Below are positions 9,715-19,418 of a DNA stretch of 64,000 nucleotides, one piece after another. The position numbers and the translations under genes are program-made. The notes beneath the pieces were generated by a model. The model was given only the letters and a program-made list of their open reading frames with translations, did not search any database and was not told where the DNA came from. Source of the DNA: an uncultured Pirellula sp. (GTDB lineage Bacteria > Planctomycetota > Planctomycetia > Pirellulales > Pirellulaceae). Position 1 is the first letter of the stretch. Every line of letters begins with the position of its first letter. The stretch lies in the NCBI GenBank assembly GCA_903858115.1, contig CAIOHR010000268.1, positions 684 to 64,683 on the forward strand. The letters run 5' to 3'.

Positions 9715-11574
9715 TCATTCAGATGGGGATCGCATACCTGGACCTGTGGATTTGCTTCGGAGACGCGGAATTGCTTTGAGCAGTTGCTGCCATCCATCTG
9801 AACTGACATTCGTACTTTGTACATGGATTGCTTCGAGTCTTGGCAACGTTGCCAAGACTGCTATCGATTGATCGGTGATCGATGTTCCTGCCAACCAAAG
9901 AGTTCTCAACGTTTTATGATCTCTCAGAGATGCAACTCCCTTGTCTGTTACACTGCAATTTGATAGATCGAGTTCTTGCAAACGAGGCATCTTGGAAAAA
10001 GATTCGATCGAACTATCGGTTACCTTGCTGGACTCGACATTCAATCGGACAATGTCCCAATCGACACCTTGCTTCACCCAGGCATCGTCGTCGACCTTCG
10101 AAAAGGAAACGTCGATCGAATCCCAGTTGCGTTTTCCTGACAATGAATCGAGCAACCATGAGGAATCGACATCGCACCGGCTCAACACCAACTCATTTCT
10201 ATTCGCAAATGGCAAGTAGGAGTTACCGGACCGCGGCCCTCGTCTCAGATGATCGAAATACGATTTCATTATCAACTCATCCTCGTTAGGCTCGAAGACG
10301 ATTGGTGAGCCACGACGGTAGATACTGTCCAAGTGTTTGGCTATTTGAGTCTTACTCGCCGTGCTGTTCTCCATCCAATAATGAGCCAACCCGCACGCTT
10401 GACTGTAGCGAGGTGCAATATCCTCCATAGAACGAAATCGAATTCCATTCGCAGACCCGAAGGCGTCCCAAGGGAACCACATCTGATCTCGCAGAAACCG
10501 AAATCGTCCCGCTTGGAGCCTACTCGAATCCCAGCCTCCGATATCGATCAATACCGATGCCCCCATATCTCGAAGGGAAAGAGACTCCATATAAAGTGCG
10601 ATCCCCTCAGCAGCCCAAAACCCTCCCGTTTGGTCAGCATCGAATTGAATGGGAAGCGAAGACGATTCAATAAAAAACTGATGCGTGAGCTCATGCACCA
10701 TCGTTGTAAAAGAACGTCGGTCTTCCATGTAAAAGAAACAGGCCTTTGCATTCTGATGGTAATAGCCCGTCGATACCGCAACATTCCGCACTTGCGATTG
10801 CAAGGCCTTGAGGTAGTTTTCTTTGTTTCGAAAGATGATTACCTGAAAAGGACCCGCTGGGTTCGATCGATAGTCAGGCCCTACGGTGGAAGAAGAACTC
10901 CAATACGAATAAAAAAGCTGCTTCCAAATGGCATACGTTTGTTCACAGATCTCGACAATGTCACTCGTATCGGATTGCTTGGTTTGAAAGGCAATTTCGA
11001 AATTGGGTGACAACACTAATTGATAGCTCGACGCGGGCCATTGCGTTATCGGATGTGGACCTTTCGTGCCAGTCGGAGCTCGCTTCGGTTGCAAGATATC
11101 TCCGGCAGGAGACCAAGCTGCTTTACTTGAGGGAGTCAGTTCTGCGAATCCGGACGCTAACCAACGGAGTCCATACGCTTCGCTCCACTCGCGACGCGAT
11201 TCTAGCTCTTCCGCCGATCGTTCGATTTCTCGCTGCATCTGTTGAACGAATTGCTGAAATTTGACTCGCTCCTCGGGGGCTGCGAACGCTTGGTCGAGCA
11301 AAAGCGAGATTCGCTTTGCATTGCTCTTGGATCGTGGCATCAAGAAACGTTGACGACCGTCGGCGGGGATCTCGAGGATCGCACGAGCGGACTGCAGAAA
11401 TGCGTAGCCTGGGTGTTTTGCATCTTGGGATTGAGGCAATGCTACCAGCCATTCGTAGAACGGTTGACTCGATTCGAACGGTAGAAGCGTTTGCGCGCAG
11501 GATGTGCGAACTCCCAAACTCGATACAATCACGTACGCCGTGAAGACGATGGAGATGGATTGCATTCTTTGCAC
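9715..11574 (-). CDS. Secreted gluzincin-like (DUF1570-type) metallopeptidase domain protein with C-terminal leucine-rich repeats
   Basis: Signal-like N-terminus; HELTH plus downstream WAAEG; LRRs LQELDLSNCSVTD and LRTLWLAGTSITD. Confidence 0.75.
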   Translation of the reverse strand: MQRMQSISIVFTAYVIVSSLGVRTSCAQTLLPFESSQPFYEWLVALPQSQDAKHPGYAFLQSARAILEIPADGRQRFLMPRSKSNAKRISLLLDQAFAAPEERVKFQQFVQQMQREIERSAEELESRREWSEAYGLRWLASGFAELTPSSKAAWSPAGDILQPKRAPTGTKGPHPITQWPASSYQLVLSPNFEIAFQTKQSDTSDIVEICEQTYAIWKQLFYSYWSSSSTVGPDYRSNPAGPFQVIIFRNKENYLKALQSQVRNVAVSTGYYHQNAKACFFYMEDRRSFTTMVHELTHQFFIESSSLPIQFDADQTGGFWAAEGIALYMESLSLRDMGASVLIDIGGWDSSRLQAGRFRFLRDQMWFPWDAFGSANGIRFRSMEDIAPRYSQACGLAHYWMENSTASKTQIAKHLDSIYRRGSPIVFEPNEDELIMKSYFDHLRRGPRSGNSYLPFANRNELVLSRCDVDSSWLLDSLSGKRNWDSIDVSFSKVDDDAWVKQGVDWDIVRLNVESSKVTDSSIESFSKMPRLQELDLSNCSVTDKGVASLRDHKTLRTLWLAGTSITDQSIAVLATLPRLEAIHVQSTNVSSDGWQQLLKAIPRLRSKSTGPGMRSPSE

Positions 11575-11695
11575 GAGTGGCGAGCCTAGTCGGAGTTGAG
11601 AAATCGTCTTGTGGGCAGAAAACGCGTCGTCAAACCGGAATTGCCGACGTGGAACTTCATCCCCATCTATCTAGTGTAACCCATAACGAATCCTC

Positions 11696-12871
11696 GTGAA
11701 CAAACCTCCTCTTCGATTGATGCTCTGTACTTCTTCGATGGAAGGGGGAGGAAGCGAAAAACAGTTGCTCTACTTGCTTCAAAAATTGGATCGCAGTCGA
11801 TTTTCCCTTTCTCTTTATATGTTCTATGCGTCGGGCAGTTTGCTCTCCGAAGTTCCCGACGATGTACCGATCACCGCGTATTGGTCAGACCACCAACCAC
11901 CGCGATGGAATTGGCCGGGACGAATTCATCGCCACCAGATTCGGCATTTGGCAAATACGCTTACCGAACAGAAAATCGATGTTGTTTACGATCGATTGTT
12001 CCACATGACGATGGTGACAGGACCTGCGACCAAGCGTGCTCGCGTACGGCGTGTATCGACCATCGTATCCCCCCCCGAGTTCGATGTCGTACGTAGTGAG
12101 AAACGCTGGCTGCGTTGGAAGAAAGAATCGTTGCGAAGGTCGTATCAAAACGCAGACGCGTTGTTGGCGGTTGGTTCAGGGACTGCCGACAGCGCATCAG
12201 AATTTTATGGTATCCCTCGCGATCGTTTTCAAGTCGCCTCCAGCCCGGTGGATGTCGCGCGTATCGATCATGACGGCAGTCTCGCATGGGAAGGAATACC
12301 TCTTCGGTCCGATCGTAAACAAATCGTCGCGATTGGACGACTGAGCGACGAGAAGGGACATCGCTTCTTGATTCAAGCGGTAGCACAATATCAACGCGAG
12401 GCATTGTTGGATTTCGCACCGCCAGTGGATTTGCATCTCGTAGGAGATGGTGTATTGCGACGCGAGTTGCAGAGTTTAGCGGAGTCCTTGGGGCTCGGAG
12501 ATTCCGTATTCTTTCATGGCCATTTATCCAACCCATTCCCATTGCTGAAGCGATGCGATTTGATGGTGCTCCCCTCGCTCTACGAAGGAATGCCGAACGT
12601 CTTGCTGGAAGCGATGCTATGTCGAGTGCCGATCCTGGCGACGAATACAGAGCAAGGTGCAGGCGAGTTATTGCGCAAACATCCATTAGGTAGTTTGGTG
12701 GCCAAAGGCAATGCTTCCGAGATGGCTAACGCGATTCGACATCGCTTTCAACATCCCAGCGAATGGCTTGAGCGTCTGGACTCCGCACGCCAATATGTGA
12801 TCAACAATCACAGCATGGAGCAATGGATCTGCCAAATGAGTTCTGTTTTTGAGAATGTATGCGGTTTGTAA
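11696..12871 (+). CDS. Glycosyltransferase, GT4 family
   Basis: GGGSEKQ, IGRLSDEKGH and LPSLYEGMPNVLLEAM motifs. Confidence 0.92.
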   Translation: MNKPPLRLMLCTSSMEGGGSEKQLLYLLQKLDRSRFSLSLYMFYASGSLLSEVPDDVPITAYWSDHQPPRWNWPGRIHRHQIRHLANTLTEQKIDVVYDRLFHMTMVTGPATKRARVRRVSTIVSPPEFDVVRSEKRWLRWKKESLRRSYQNADALLAVGSGTADSASEFYGIPRDRFQVASSPVDVARIDHDGSLAWEGIPLRSDRKQIVAIGRLSDEKGHRFLIQAVAQYQREALLDFAPPVDLHLVGDGVLRRELQSLAESLGLGDSVFFHGHLSNPFPLLKRCDLMVLPSLYEGMPNVLLEAMLCRVPILATNTEQGAGELLRKHPLGSLVAKGNASEMANAIRHRFQHPSEWLERLDSARQYVINNHSMEQWICQMSSVFENVCGL

Positions 12872-12883
12872 TCGCTGGCCGAC

Positions 12884-13993
12884 CTAAGATGGACTGCTCT
12901 CGAGCCGATGCGTGGGAACGGGACGGCCGGGGCGAAAGCACTGAAGCGTTCTTGTCGTTTCCGTAATACCAAATTCTTGGCAGACGGATCGAAGCGTTCT
13001 TTGAATCGTCTCTGTCAATGTCTCGGGATCGACAGCAACTCTCGCATTGATTACCAAGTCCGCCGTCTTGACAGAAGCTGCGGATCCAATCGAAAGCTGG
13101 GGAGCGGACGAACTGCTAACAATATTGGCGACCGCAAACTTTCCTTCCGTCATGCCGATCGCCTTCAAGTGGGCTACTTCCGCCGAATACTGAACCAACT
13201 CTACATTCACACGTTCCAGCAATAGCAGAAGGAAAGTATCCAGTTCGAAACTGCTTTCCGACGTCAAGATGACCTGTGCATTGAGCCAACCCAGTTCCGC
13301 TTCACCCTCGGCGTAAACATCGTAGTCCACGTCCATGGCTTTGGTACCAAAGACTCCTTGCAGGTCCAGGTATTCACAAAACGAATCAAACCCTTGCCCC
13401 GAGGTGGCGGACATCTTCAAGCACGGAGTCCCTGGAAACTGACTTTCGATCAACGTGGTCAGTTCACTCACGGCGGCTTCGCTCAGCTCATCAATCCGAT
13501 TGATGATGACAAAGTCAGCTTCTTCAATCTGCTTTCGAAAAATGTATTCCGCTTGCGGAGAGAAGCCGCCTTTGCGCGTGCCTTGAAGAATCTTTAGTCC
13601 GTGACTCGGCTTGATGATGACACCATAGGGAGCGATGTCAAAGGGAACGGAATAGACTTGTTGCAAAGGCCGAATCACGGTAGCGACTAGATCCGTACAG
13701 CTTCCAACGGGTTCCGCAATGACGATATCCGGGCGCTGGCTTTCGCTGAGTCGTTCGACGGTTCGTGTGAGTTCGTTAAAGTTGCAACAGAAGCACGAAC
13801 CTGCAACTTCGCCGACATCCAACCCTTGCGAACGAAGCAGGTTGGTATCGACCAAATCGGTCGCTTGATCGTTCGTGACGATCACGACACGCTTTCCCAA
13901 TGCCAAATAGTGCTTGGCCAACCTCGACACCGTGGTGGTCTTCCCGGCACCCAAGAATCCGCCAATCATAATAAAGCGAGGGTTGTCTGACAT
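12884..13993 (-). CDS. CobW/P47K (COG0523, G3E) GTP-dependent metallochaperone
   Basis: GFLGAGKTT, CFCC (CxCC), EPVG, NRID motifs. Confidence 0.9.
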   Translation of the reverse strand: MSDNPRFIMIGGFLGAGKTTTVSRLAKHYLALGKRVVIVTNDQATDLVDTNLLRSQGLDVGEVAGSCFCCNFNELTRTVERLSESQRPDIVIAEPVGSCTDLVATVIRPLQQVYSVPFDIAPYGVIIKPSHGLKILQGTRKGGFSPQAEYIFRKQIEEADFVIINRIDELSEAAVSELTTLIESQFPGTPCLKMSATSGQGFDSFCEYLDLQGVFGTKAMDVDYDVYAEGEAELGWLNAQVILTSESSFELDTFLLLLLERVNVELVQYSAEVAHLKAIGMTEGKFAVANIVSSSSAPQLSIGSAASVKTADLVINARVAVDPETLTETIQRTLRSVCQEFGITETTRTLQCFRPGRPVPTHRLESSPS

Positions 13994-14086
13994 TCGAAGC
14001 CCCTTGGTAAAAATGCGATGATTGCAAAAGACAATTAATCGCTCGTTCTAACGAAGATCAGAATGACCGGCAAGCCTCCGGTGTCA

Positions 14087-14118
14087 ACTTGCCAGTGAAA
14101 ACTTGCCAGTGAAAACTT
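14087..14118. repeat. 14-bp intergenic tandem direct repeat
   Basis: ACTTGCCAGTGAAA x2 followed by ACTT. Confidence 0.85.
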
Positions 14119-14149
14119 CGAGCACCAGCGAATCATCCCTCGATTTGCC

Positions 14150-15097
14150 CTATTTCTTCGGCGTGGGGATCGGGATCCCGAGCTCGCGCATCAGCAGCTT
14201 CATGTCCTCCCACGTCAGCCGTTTCGCATCGGGATTACGAAGCAGATAGGCTGGGTGGTACGTTACCAACACTTTCGCACCACGATAATGATGGAATCGA
14301 CCTCGAAGACGGCCTACACTTTCCGTGCTCTTGAGCACCGCTCGCACCGCAACGGAGCCCCAACAAACGATGTACTCGGGACGAATGGTCTCCAGTTGTG
14401 TTTCGAAAAACGGGCGGCAATTCTCAATCTCGCCGTCGGTTGGAGTGCGATTGTTGGGAGGTCGGCATTTGAGAGAATTCATGATAAAGACATCTGACCT
14501 TTGCAGCCCAGTTGCCGTCAGAATCTTGTCCATCAGTTGCCCTGCGGCACCGACAAAGGGCTCTCCGGAGCGATCTTCTTCTGCCCCAGGCGCCTCTCCG
14601 AACATGACCAATCGAGCATTGACAGGCCCAACCCCAAAGACAGTTCGCTGACGCCGACACACGATATCGGTGCATTTGCGACACGCGTCCACTTCGCTCG
14701 CCAGTCCTTGAAAACGCCCTTTTCGATCTTCGGCAGAAAGGCTATCGGTCTGCCAATTACCGGGCAACGGTAGGCTGTCAAGGTTCAGTGGTTTGGCGAC
14801 AGTCGCAGGTTTCTCGCCCTCGAGATTCGCTGAGTTCGCCATCGGAGGCGATTCTCGAACCGCGGAAACATCGGCCGGCGAAGGGGTTGTTGCTGGAGTC
14901 AAACCTTGAGGTTGGATCGAACTGGGCAGGAGTTGCAATTCCATGGCCGCCTCGAGGCCGGATTCGATCGCCAGAGCATCCAACCAAGCGATGGCTTGTT
15001 TGGTACCGGTGTCCGTGGCAGCGGGCAAACGGGTGAGCCCACAGCGTTTCCAATGCTCCAAAAGTTGTTTTGCAGCTGTATTCGACCACGCATTCAT
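14150..15097 (-). CDS. Uracil-DNA glycosylase, family 4 (Fe-S type)
   Basis: CRKC, GEAPG, PFVG, KCRPPNNR, TYHPAYLLR motifs. Confidence 0.93.
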   Translation of the reverse strand: MNAWSNTAAKQLLEHWKRCGLTRLPAATDTGTKQAIAWLDALAIESGLEAAMELQLLPSSIQPQGLTPATTPSPADVSAVRESPPMANSANLEGEKPATVAKPLNLDSLPLPGNWQTDSLSAEDRKGRFQGLASEVDACRKCTDIVCRRQRTVFGVGPVNARLVMFGEAPGAEEDRSGEPFVGAAGQLMDKILTATGLQRSDVFIMNSLKCRPPNNRTPTDGEIENCRPFFETQLETIRPEYIVCWGSVAVRAVLKSTESVGRLRGRFHHYRGAKVLVTYHPAYLLRNPDAKRLTWEDMKLLMRELGIPIPTPKK

Positions 15098-15228
15098 AGC
15101 AATGTCTGTGATTTTTCAACGTGAGAGCCGCATCGCGACGACTTTAAACGGGGAAAGTCTCTCCCAAGAATTACGATTGCAGACTACCATAGCAGGTTTT
15201 CCATTCAGATCCACCCAACGGCTCCACA

Positions 15229-16863
15229 ATGCCAATTCCCCGTGTCGCAATCGTCGGCCGTCCTAATGTCGGCAAAAGCTCCATTTTCAATTGGATCGAT
15301 GGCCGCCGTCTGTCTATTGTCGAAGACACCGCCGGAGTTACCCGGGATCGCTTGACAACGCTGGTCGAACACGAAGGTCGACACTTTGAGCTGATCGACA
15401 CCGGCGGAATGGGAATCGAAGATGTCGATAATCTTACGAAAGAAATCGAAGCCCAAATCGAAAAGGCCATCGACGACGCGGATGTGCTCCTCTTCGTGGT
15501 CGACACGCGAGCAGGTCTACTACCTCTCGACGAAGAAGTAGCCTATCGACTGCGCAAGATCGACAAACCCATCGTGCTTGTCGCGAACAAAACAGATAGT
15601 CCGTCGCTCGATGCAAATGCAGAGGAGTTCCGAAAACTGGGACGAGGCTGGCTAACGTTGGTAAGTGTTCAGCAGAATCGAAACAAAGATGTGTTGCTCG
15701 ACCTCATCGTTCAACGTTTGCCTGACATGGCTTTTGACGCTGAAGCGTTGGAAGCGCCCGTGATGAAGGTGGCCATCGTCGGTCGTCGCAATGTAGGCAA
15801 GAGCACGTTTGTCAATTCGCTCGCCAAGACAGAGCGGATGATCGTCAGCGAAGTTCCCGGAACAACCCGCGATAGCGTCGACGTGAAGTTTGAACTCGAT
15901 GGGCATAAATTTATGGCTATCGATACGCCAGGTTTGCGACGCAACAAAAGCGTCAAGACAGACATCGATTGGTACGGGGTTCACCGAGCACAGCGTAGCA
16001 TCCGTCGCGCGGATGTTGTTTTGCTGTTCTTCGATTGCAAACAACAAATGAGCAAAGTAGACAAGCAGCTTGCTCACTATATCTCCGACCAATTCAAGCC
16101 GTGTATCTTCGTTGTGAACAAATGGGACCAACTCGCGGGCCAAATGCCAACCGAGCGCTGGGTTCGTTACGTTCGTGAAACGTTCCCGACGATGGCTTAT
16201 TGTCCGATCGGATTCGTCACGGGGCAAACCGGGAAGAACGTAAAGGCATTGTTGAACCATGCTCAGATGCTATTCAAGCAGGCGAACGAACGCATCACAA
16301 CCGGGCAGCTCAATCGACTGATCAAGGCTGCTGTCCACAAGCACGAGCCGCCATTGTATCAGCTTAAGCGCCCGAAGATTTACTATGCGACGCAAGTGTC
16401 CGAAGCACCGCCGAGCATCGTCGTTGTCTGCAATCAGCCGCAAGGGTTCACAGCGCCCTATCAACGATATCTGCTGGGCTTCTTGCGTGATCATTTGCCA
16501 TTCGGCGAGATCCCGATCAAGTTGTATCTCCAAGCGCGAGCGAGAGATGATTCCCGAGATGAAATCAACGAAGAGCCTGCCGCGGAACTGCCGTATGAGG
16601 ATTCGCATGCGGAAGATGAACTGCACGATGAAAACGATTTGGATGCAGACGATGCCGATGACGAATATGAGGACGACGAATCAGACGATGAATCGTACGA
16701 GAGCGATTCTTACGAAGACATCGAGTACGACACCGACGATGATGCCGTAGAAGGGGAAGTCGACGGCGATATCGAAAACGAACTCGATCCCGTGGACTAT
16801 GAAGATATCGAGCTAGAGTTGCCCGAGACCGAAAACAAAGATCGCAATTCGGGGACAATGTAG
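15229..16863 (+). CDS. der: Ribosome biogenesis GTPase Der (EngA) with a long acidic C-terminal tail
   Basis: Two G domains (GRPNVGKS/DTGG/NKTD and GRRNVGKS/DTPG/NKWD). ATG CCA ATT CCC at 15229 and TAG at 16861 are on the plus strand, so the track's minus label is wrong. Confidence 0.96.
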   Translation: MPIPRVAIVGRPNVGKSSIFNWIDGRRLSIVEDTAGVTRDRLTTLVEHEGRHFELIDTGGMGIEDVDNLTKEIEAQIEKAIDDADVLLFVVDTRAGLLPLDEEVAYRLRKIDKPIVLVANKTDSPSLDANAEEFRKLGRGWLTLVSVQQNRNKDVLLDLIVQRLPDMAFDAEALEAPVMKVAIVGRRNVGKSTFVNSLAKTERMIVSEVPGTTRDSVDVKFELDGHKFMAIDTPGLRRNKSVKTDIDWYGVHRAQRSIRRADVVLLFFDCKQQMSKVDKQLAHYISDQFKPCIFVVNKWDQLAGQMPTERWVRYVRETFPTMAYCPIGFVTGQTGKNVKALLNHAQMLFKQANERITTGQLNRLIKAAVHKHEPPLYQLKRPKIYYATQVSEAPPSIVVVCNQPQGFTAPYQRYLLGFLRDHLPFGEIPIKLYLQARARDDSRDEINEEPAAELPYEDSHAEDELHDENDLDADDADDEYEDDESDDESYESDSYEDIEYDTDDDAVEGEVDGDIENELDPVDYEDIELELPETENKDRNSGTM

Positions 16864-16886
16864 CCTCGTCGATAATGCAATGCTAT

Positions 16887-18311
16887 TTACTTTTCTTCTG
16901 CTTTGTCGTTTGCACGCGAATTTCGTTTGAGCCGTTGGTGTTTTTCCGATCGGGTGTGCATTCCCCAAAGGAGTGACTCGTCTTGTTCGTAGCGTTTCCC
17001 GAGTGTCAGGGCGGTCATCGCCTTGGCCAGCTCGAATCCTAGGTAAAAGGCGTGGGAGGAATCTACGTTTCGGGATTGTGGTAGCGACATTAGTTCGCGC
17101 ATCATCTCAAAGGGATCGTCGCCGCGAATGTGGACTCCCGCGCTGATCAAATGAATCTGCCGATCATCGATCATGATGCGATAATTGTTATCTTTGATCC
17201 CCATAGCAAACTGCTCAATCGATCGCTCTGTGTAGTTGATAGGTTGTGGGTCGCGAAGTATCACTAGCCGTTCTTCTAAATGCTTCGGTGGGACTCGATG
17301 CCGAACTGCGTAACTGACGAGCCTCCTCGCTAGATCGCATTCGCGAACACAGCTCTTGGCCCACGGGATGACTTGCGTCGTCAAAATACTGCCGATTTGC
17401 TGTTCTTCGCAAAAGCCTAGTAGCATGGTGTTCAGTCCTGCAGAATCGACGTCTGTTAACTCGGTCAAATTTCCGATCCCCATCATCATCGGAGCTTCCG
17501 GAAACTCCCGTCTCGTTTCCAGATAACGTCCGAGCGATACTGAGAAACCGCATCCTATGGGTTCCAGGATAGGGTCCAATCGAAACGGAACCCCTTTTCG
17601 GAGAAGGTAATCTGCGGTTTCTTCGAGGCTTGCTAGATAGTTCATTGTGAGATTGGGGACGACTACCACCTCGACGCCCCAGTCGGCGGCCGCTTCTCGA
17701 TTGGTTTCGTTGACAGACAGCACTAACGAGGCTCCAGCTCGCGTCGCCTCTTCCGCTTCCCACGGATCAAACGTATCGATAGAAAGCGTGAGTCCCTCGT
17801 CCTTTAGCGCACGGACCGCTTCACTCACTTGAATCCATCGTTGCCCAGGTTCACAACCGAGGTCGATCCGATTGGCACCGTCTTTGACAAGCGATTTGGC
17901 GAGTTCGATCAACTTCGGTAGCTCGAAACGTGGGGCGTAATTGATTTCGGCGATGATTTCGATCGTGTACTCGCCGTAGTCTTCGCCCTTGAATCGTTTC
18001 TTGCCAAATATCGTAGGTAGATCCCGAACATCTTTTGGTCCACATTCGATAGAGGCCTGGGTCTCAATCGATCGCCGTATCTCCTCTAGTCCAGGCGTTA
18101 GATAGCCTGGCAAGATAACGCGAGTCGTATCGGATGGAATGCGAATATGTTTGAGTAACCACTGAGGAGTCATCAATGCAGCCACCGTGATTGGCAGAAC
18201 ATCGATGGTGTATTGAAACTGTAGCTTCTGCGCAAGTGATGCGACAATCTCACGCAGCGCACCTTCAGCAAGCTTGCCAGTAACGAAGTGAATGGAGTTG
18301 ATGGGATTCAT
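16887..18311 (-). CDS. Dihydropteroate-synthase-like pterin-binding protein (Orf20 type, linked to H4MPT biosynthesis)
   Basis: FVTGKLAE, LPITVAALMT, IDLGC, SIDTF, LDPILEPIGCGF, GIGNLTELTDVDS, HAFYLGFELAKA motifs. Confidence 0.75.
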   Translation of the reverse strand: MNPINSIHFVTGKLAEGALREIVASLAQKLQFQYTIDVLPITVAALMTPQWLLKHIRIPSDTTRVILPGYLTPGLEEIRRSIETQASIECGPKDVRDLPTIFGKKRFKGEDYGEYTIEIIAEINYAPRFELPKLIELAKSLVKDGANRIDLGCEPGQRWIQVSEAVRALKDEGLTLSIDTFDPWEAEEATRAGASLVLSVNETNREAAADWGVEVVVVPNLTMNYLASLEETADYLLRKGVPFRLDPILEPIGCGFSVSLGRYLETRREFPEAPMMMGIGNLTELTDVDSAGLNTMLLGFCEEQQIGSILTTQVIPWAKSCVRECDLARRLVSYAVRHRVPPKHLEERLVILRDPQPINYTERSIEQFAMGIKDNNYRIMIDDRQIHLISAGVHIRGDDPFEMMRELMSLPQSRNVDSSHAFYLGFELAKAMTALTLGKRYEQDESLLWGMHTRSEKHQRLKRNSRANDKAEEK

Positions 18312-18445
18312 CCGAATTGTAAGAGACCTATTGACCTGGTTCGCGAGATACTAGATTATGATAGTAACGAGAAGCACAATGAAGTCGAAGTCATGATGAT
18401 TCGAATTCGTGGCCGGTGCTTCTCGTTTTTTTATTGGTAGGTAGC

Positions 18446-19159
18446 ATGCAGATTGTGTTTGAACATCCGTGGTTCTTGGTTATCAACAAACCTACGGACC
18501 TCTTGACGCAAGCAGTGGAAGGGATTCCCTCCGTTCAAACCACGCTCGTTTCTCAACTGTTTTCCCAACAACCTGCAGGTCCTACACCTTTCATTGGAAT
18601 TCCCCATCGATTAGATCGCGTGACGACCGGGGTCATGGTAGTCGCTAGAAACCAACGAGCCCTTCGGCGACTGAGCGAGCAGTTCGCAGCTCGACGCGTC
18701 ACGAAAAAGTATCATGCGATCGTGGAATCCACCGACGAAGTAAGCGTGCTCGAGAATTCCGAAAAGCAAATACGATGGGTCGATTATCTGCGAAAGATTC
18801 CGGACGAATCCCGAGGTGAGATTTGCGATGCGAGCATCGAAGGGGCCCGCGAAGCGATCCTGTCGTTTCGCAAACTCGCCAATCAAGTTTTACCGGATCG
18901 AGCCGAACGCTTTTCATTAGTAGAAATCGAACTGGAAACTGGACGCATGCATCAAATCCGTTTGCAGTTCGCGTCGAGAGGTGCACCCGTTGTTGGTGAT
19001 ACGCTCTACGGCAGTCGCGTGCCCTGGATCGCAGGCGAATTTCGTCAACCGCCTATCGCATTGCATGCGCGATCGCTCGAGTTTTTCCATCCGCAAACTG
19101 CCGAAAAGCTTTTTTTTGAAGCTGACTACCCAGATTTCTGGCCCGGAACAGAACTCTAA
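18446..19159 (+). CDS. RluA-family RNA pseudouridine synthase
   Basis: INKP, HRLDRVTTG (catalytic Asp), TGRMHQIR, GDTLYG, LHA motifs; ATG at 18446 (track start 18416). Confidence 0.93.
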   Translation: MQIVFEHPWFLVINKPTDLLTQAVEGIPSVQTTLVSQLFSQQPAGPTPFIGIPHRLDRVTTGVMVVARNQRALRRLSEQFAARRVTKKYHAIVESTDEVSVLENSEKQIRWVDYLRKIPDESRGEICDASIEGAREAILSFRKLANQVLPDRAERFSLVEIELETGRMHQIRLQFASRGAPVVGDTLYGSRVPWIAGEFRQPPIALHARSLEFFHPQTAEKLFFEADYPDFWPGTEL

Positions 19160-19162
19160 GGA

Positions 19163-19348
19163 ATGGCACTAGTCTAGGGTACGCGAGAACGGGAATCTCG
19201 AGATGGAAAGTACAAGACCCAAGCGGAACTGATCGAAACAGACAACGTCAATGTGACCATGAAGAAATCGGACGGCAAAATAGAAACAGTTCCGAAAGAG
19301 ACGCTGATCCACTCAAGTCGGTTATCGACGAATTTAAAGCCTTCATGA
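19163..19348 (+). pseudogene. Degenerate SHD1 (SLA1 homology domain 1)-like fragment
   Basis: ATG GCA CTA GTC TAG, then in frame TRERESRDGKYKTQAELIETDNVNVTMKKSDGKIETVPKETL, matching the SHD1 pattern with the conserved Trp replaced by Arg (CGG). Confidence 0.6.
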
Positions 19349-19418
19349 ACCACAGAACTCAAGATGGAATCCGAGTTACTCTAAAGAAAGATTCGACAGA
19401 GGAGGGAAAGTCCGTTGG

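Noticed and set aside
15229-16863. ORF track assigns Der to the minus strand
   Set aside because: The given protein is read directly from the plus strand (ATG at 15229, TAG at 16861-16863), so the label is an error.
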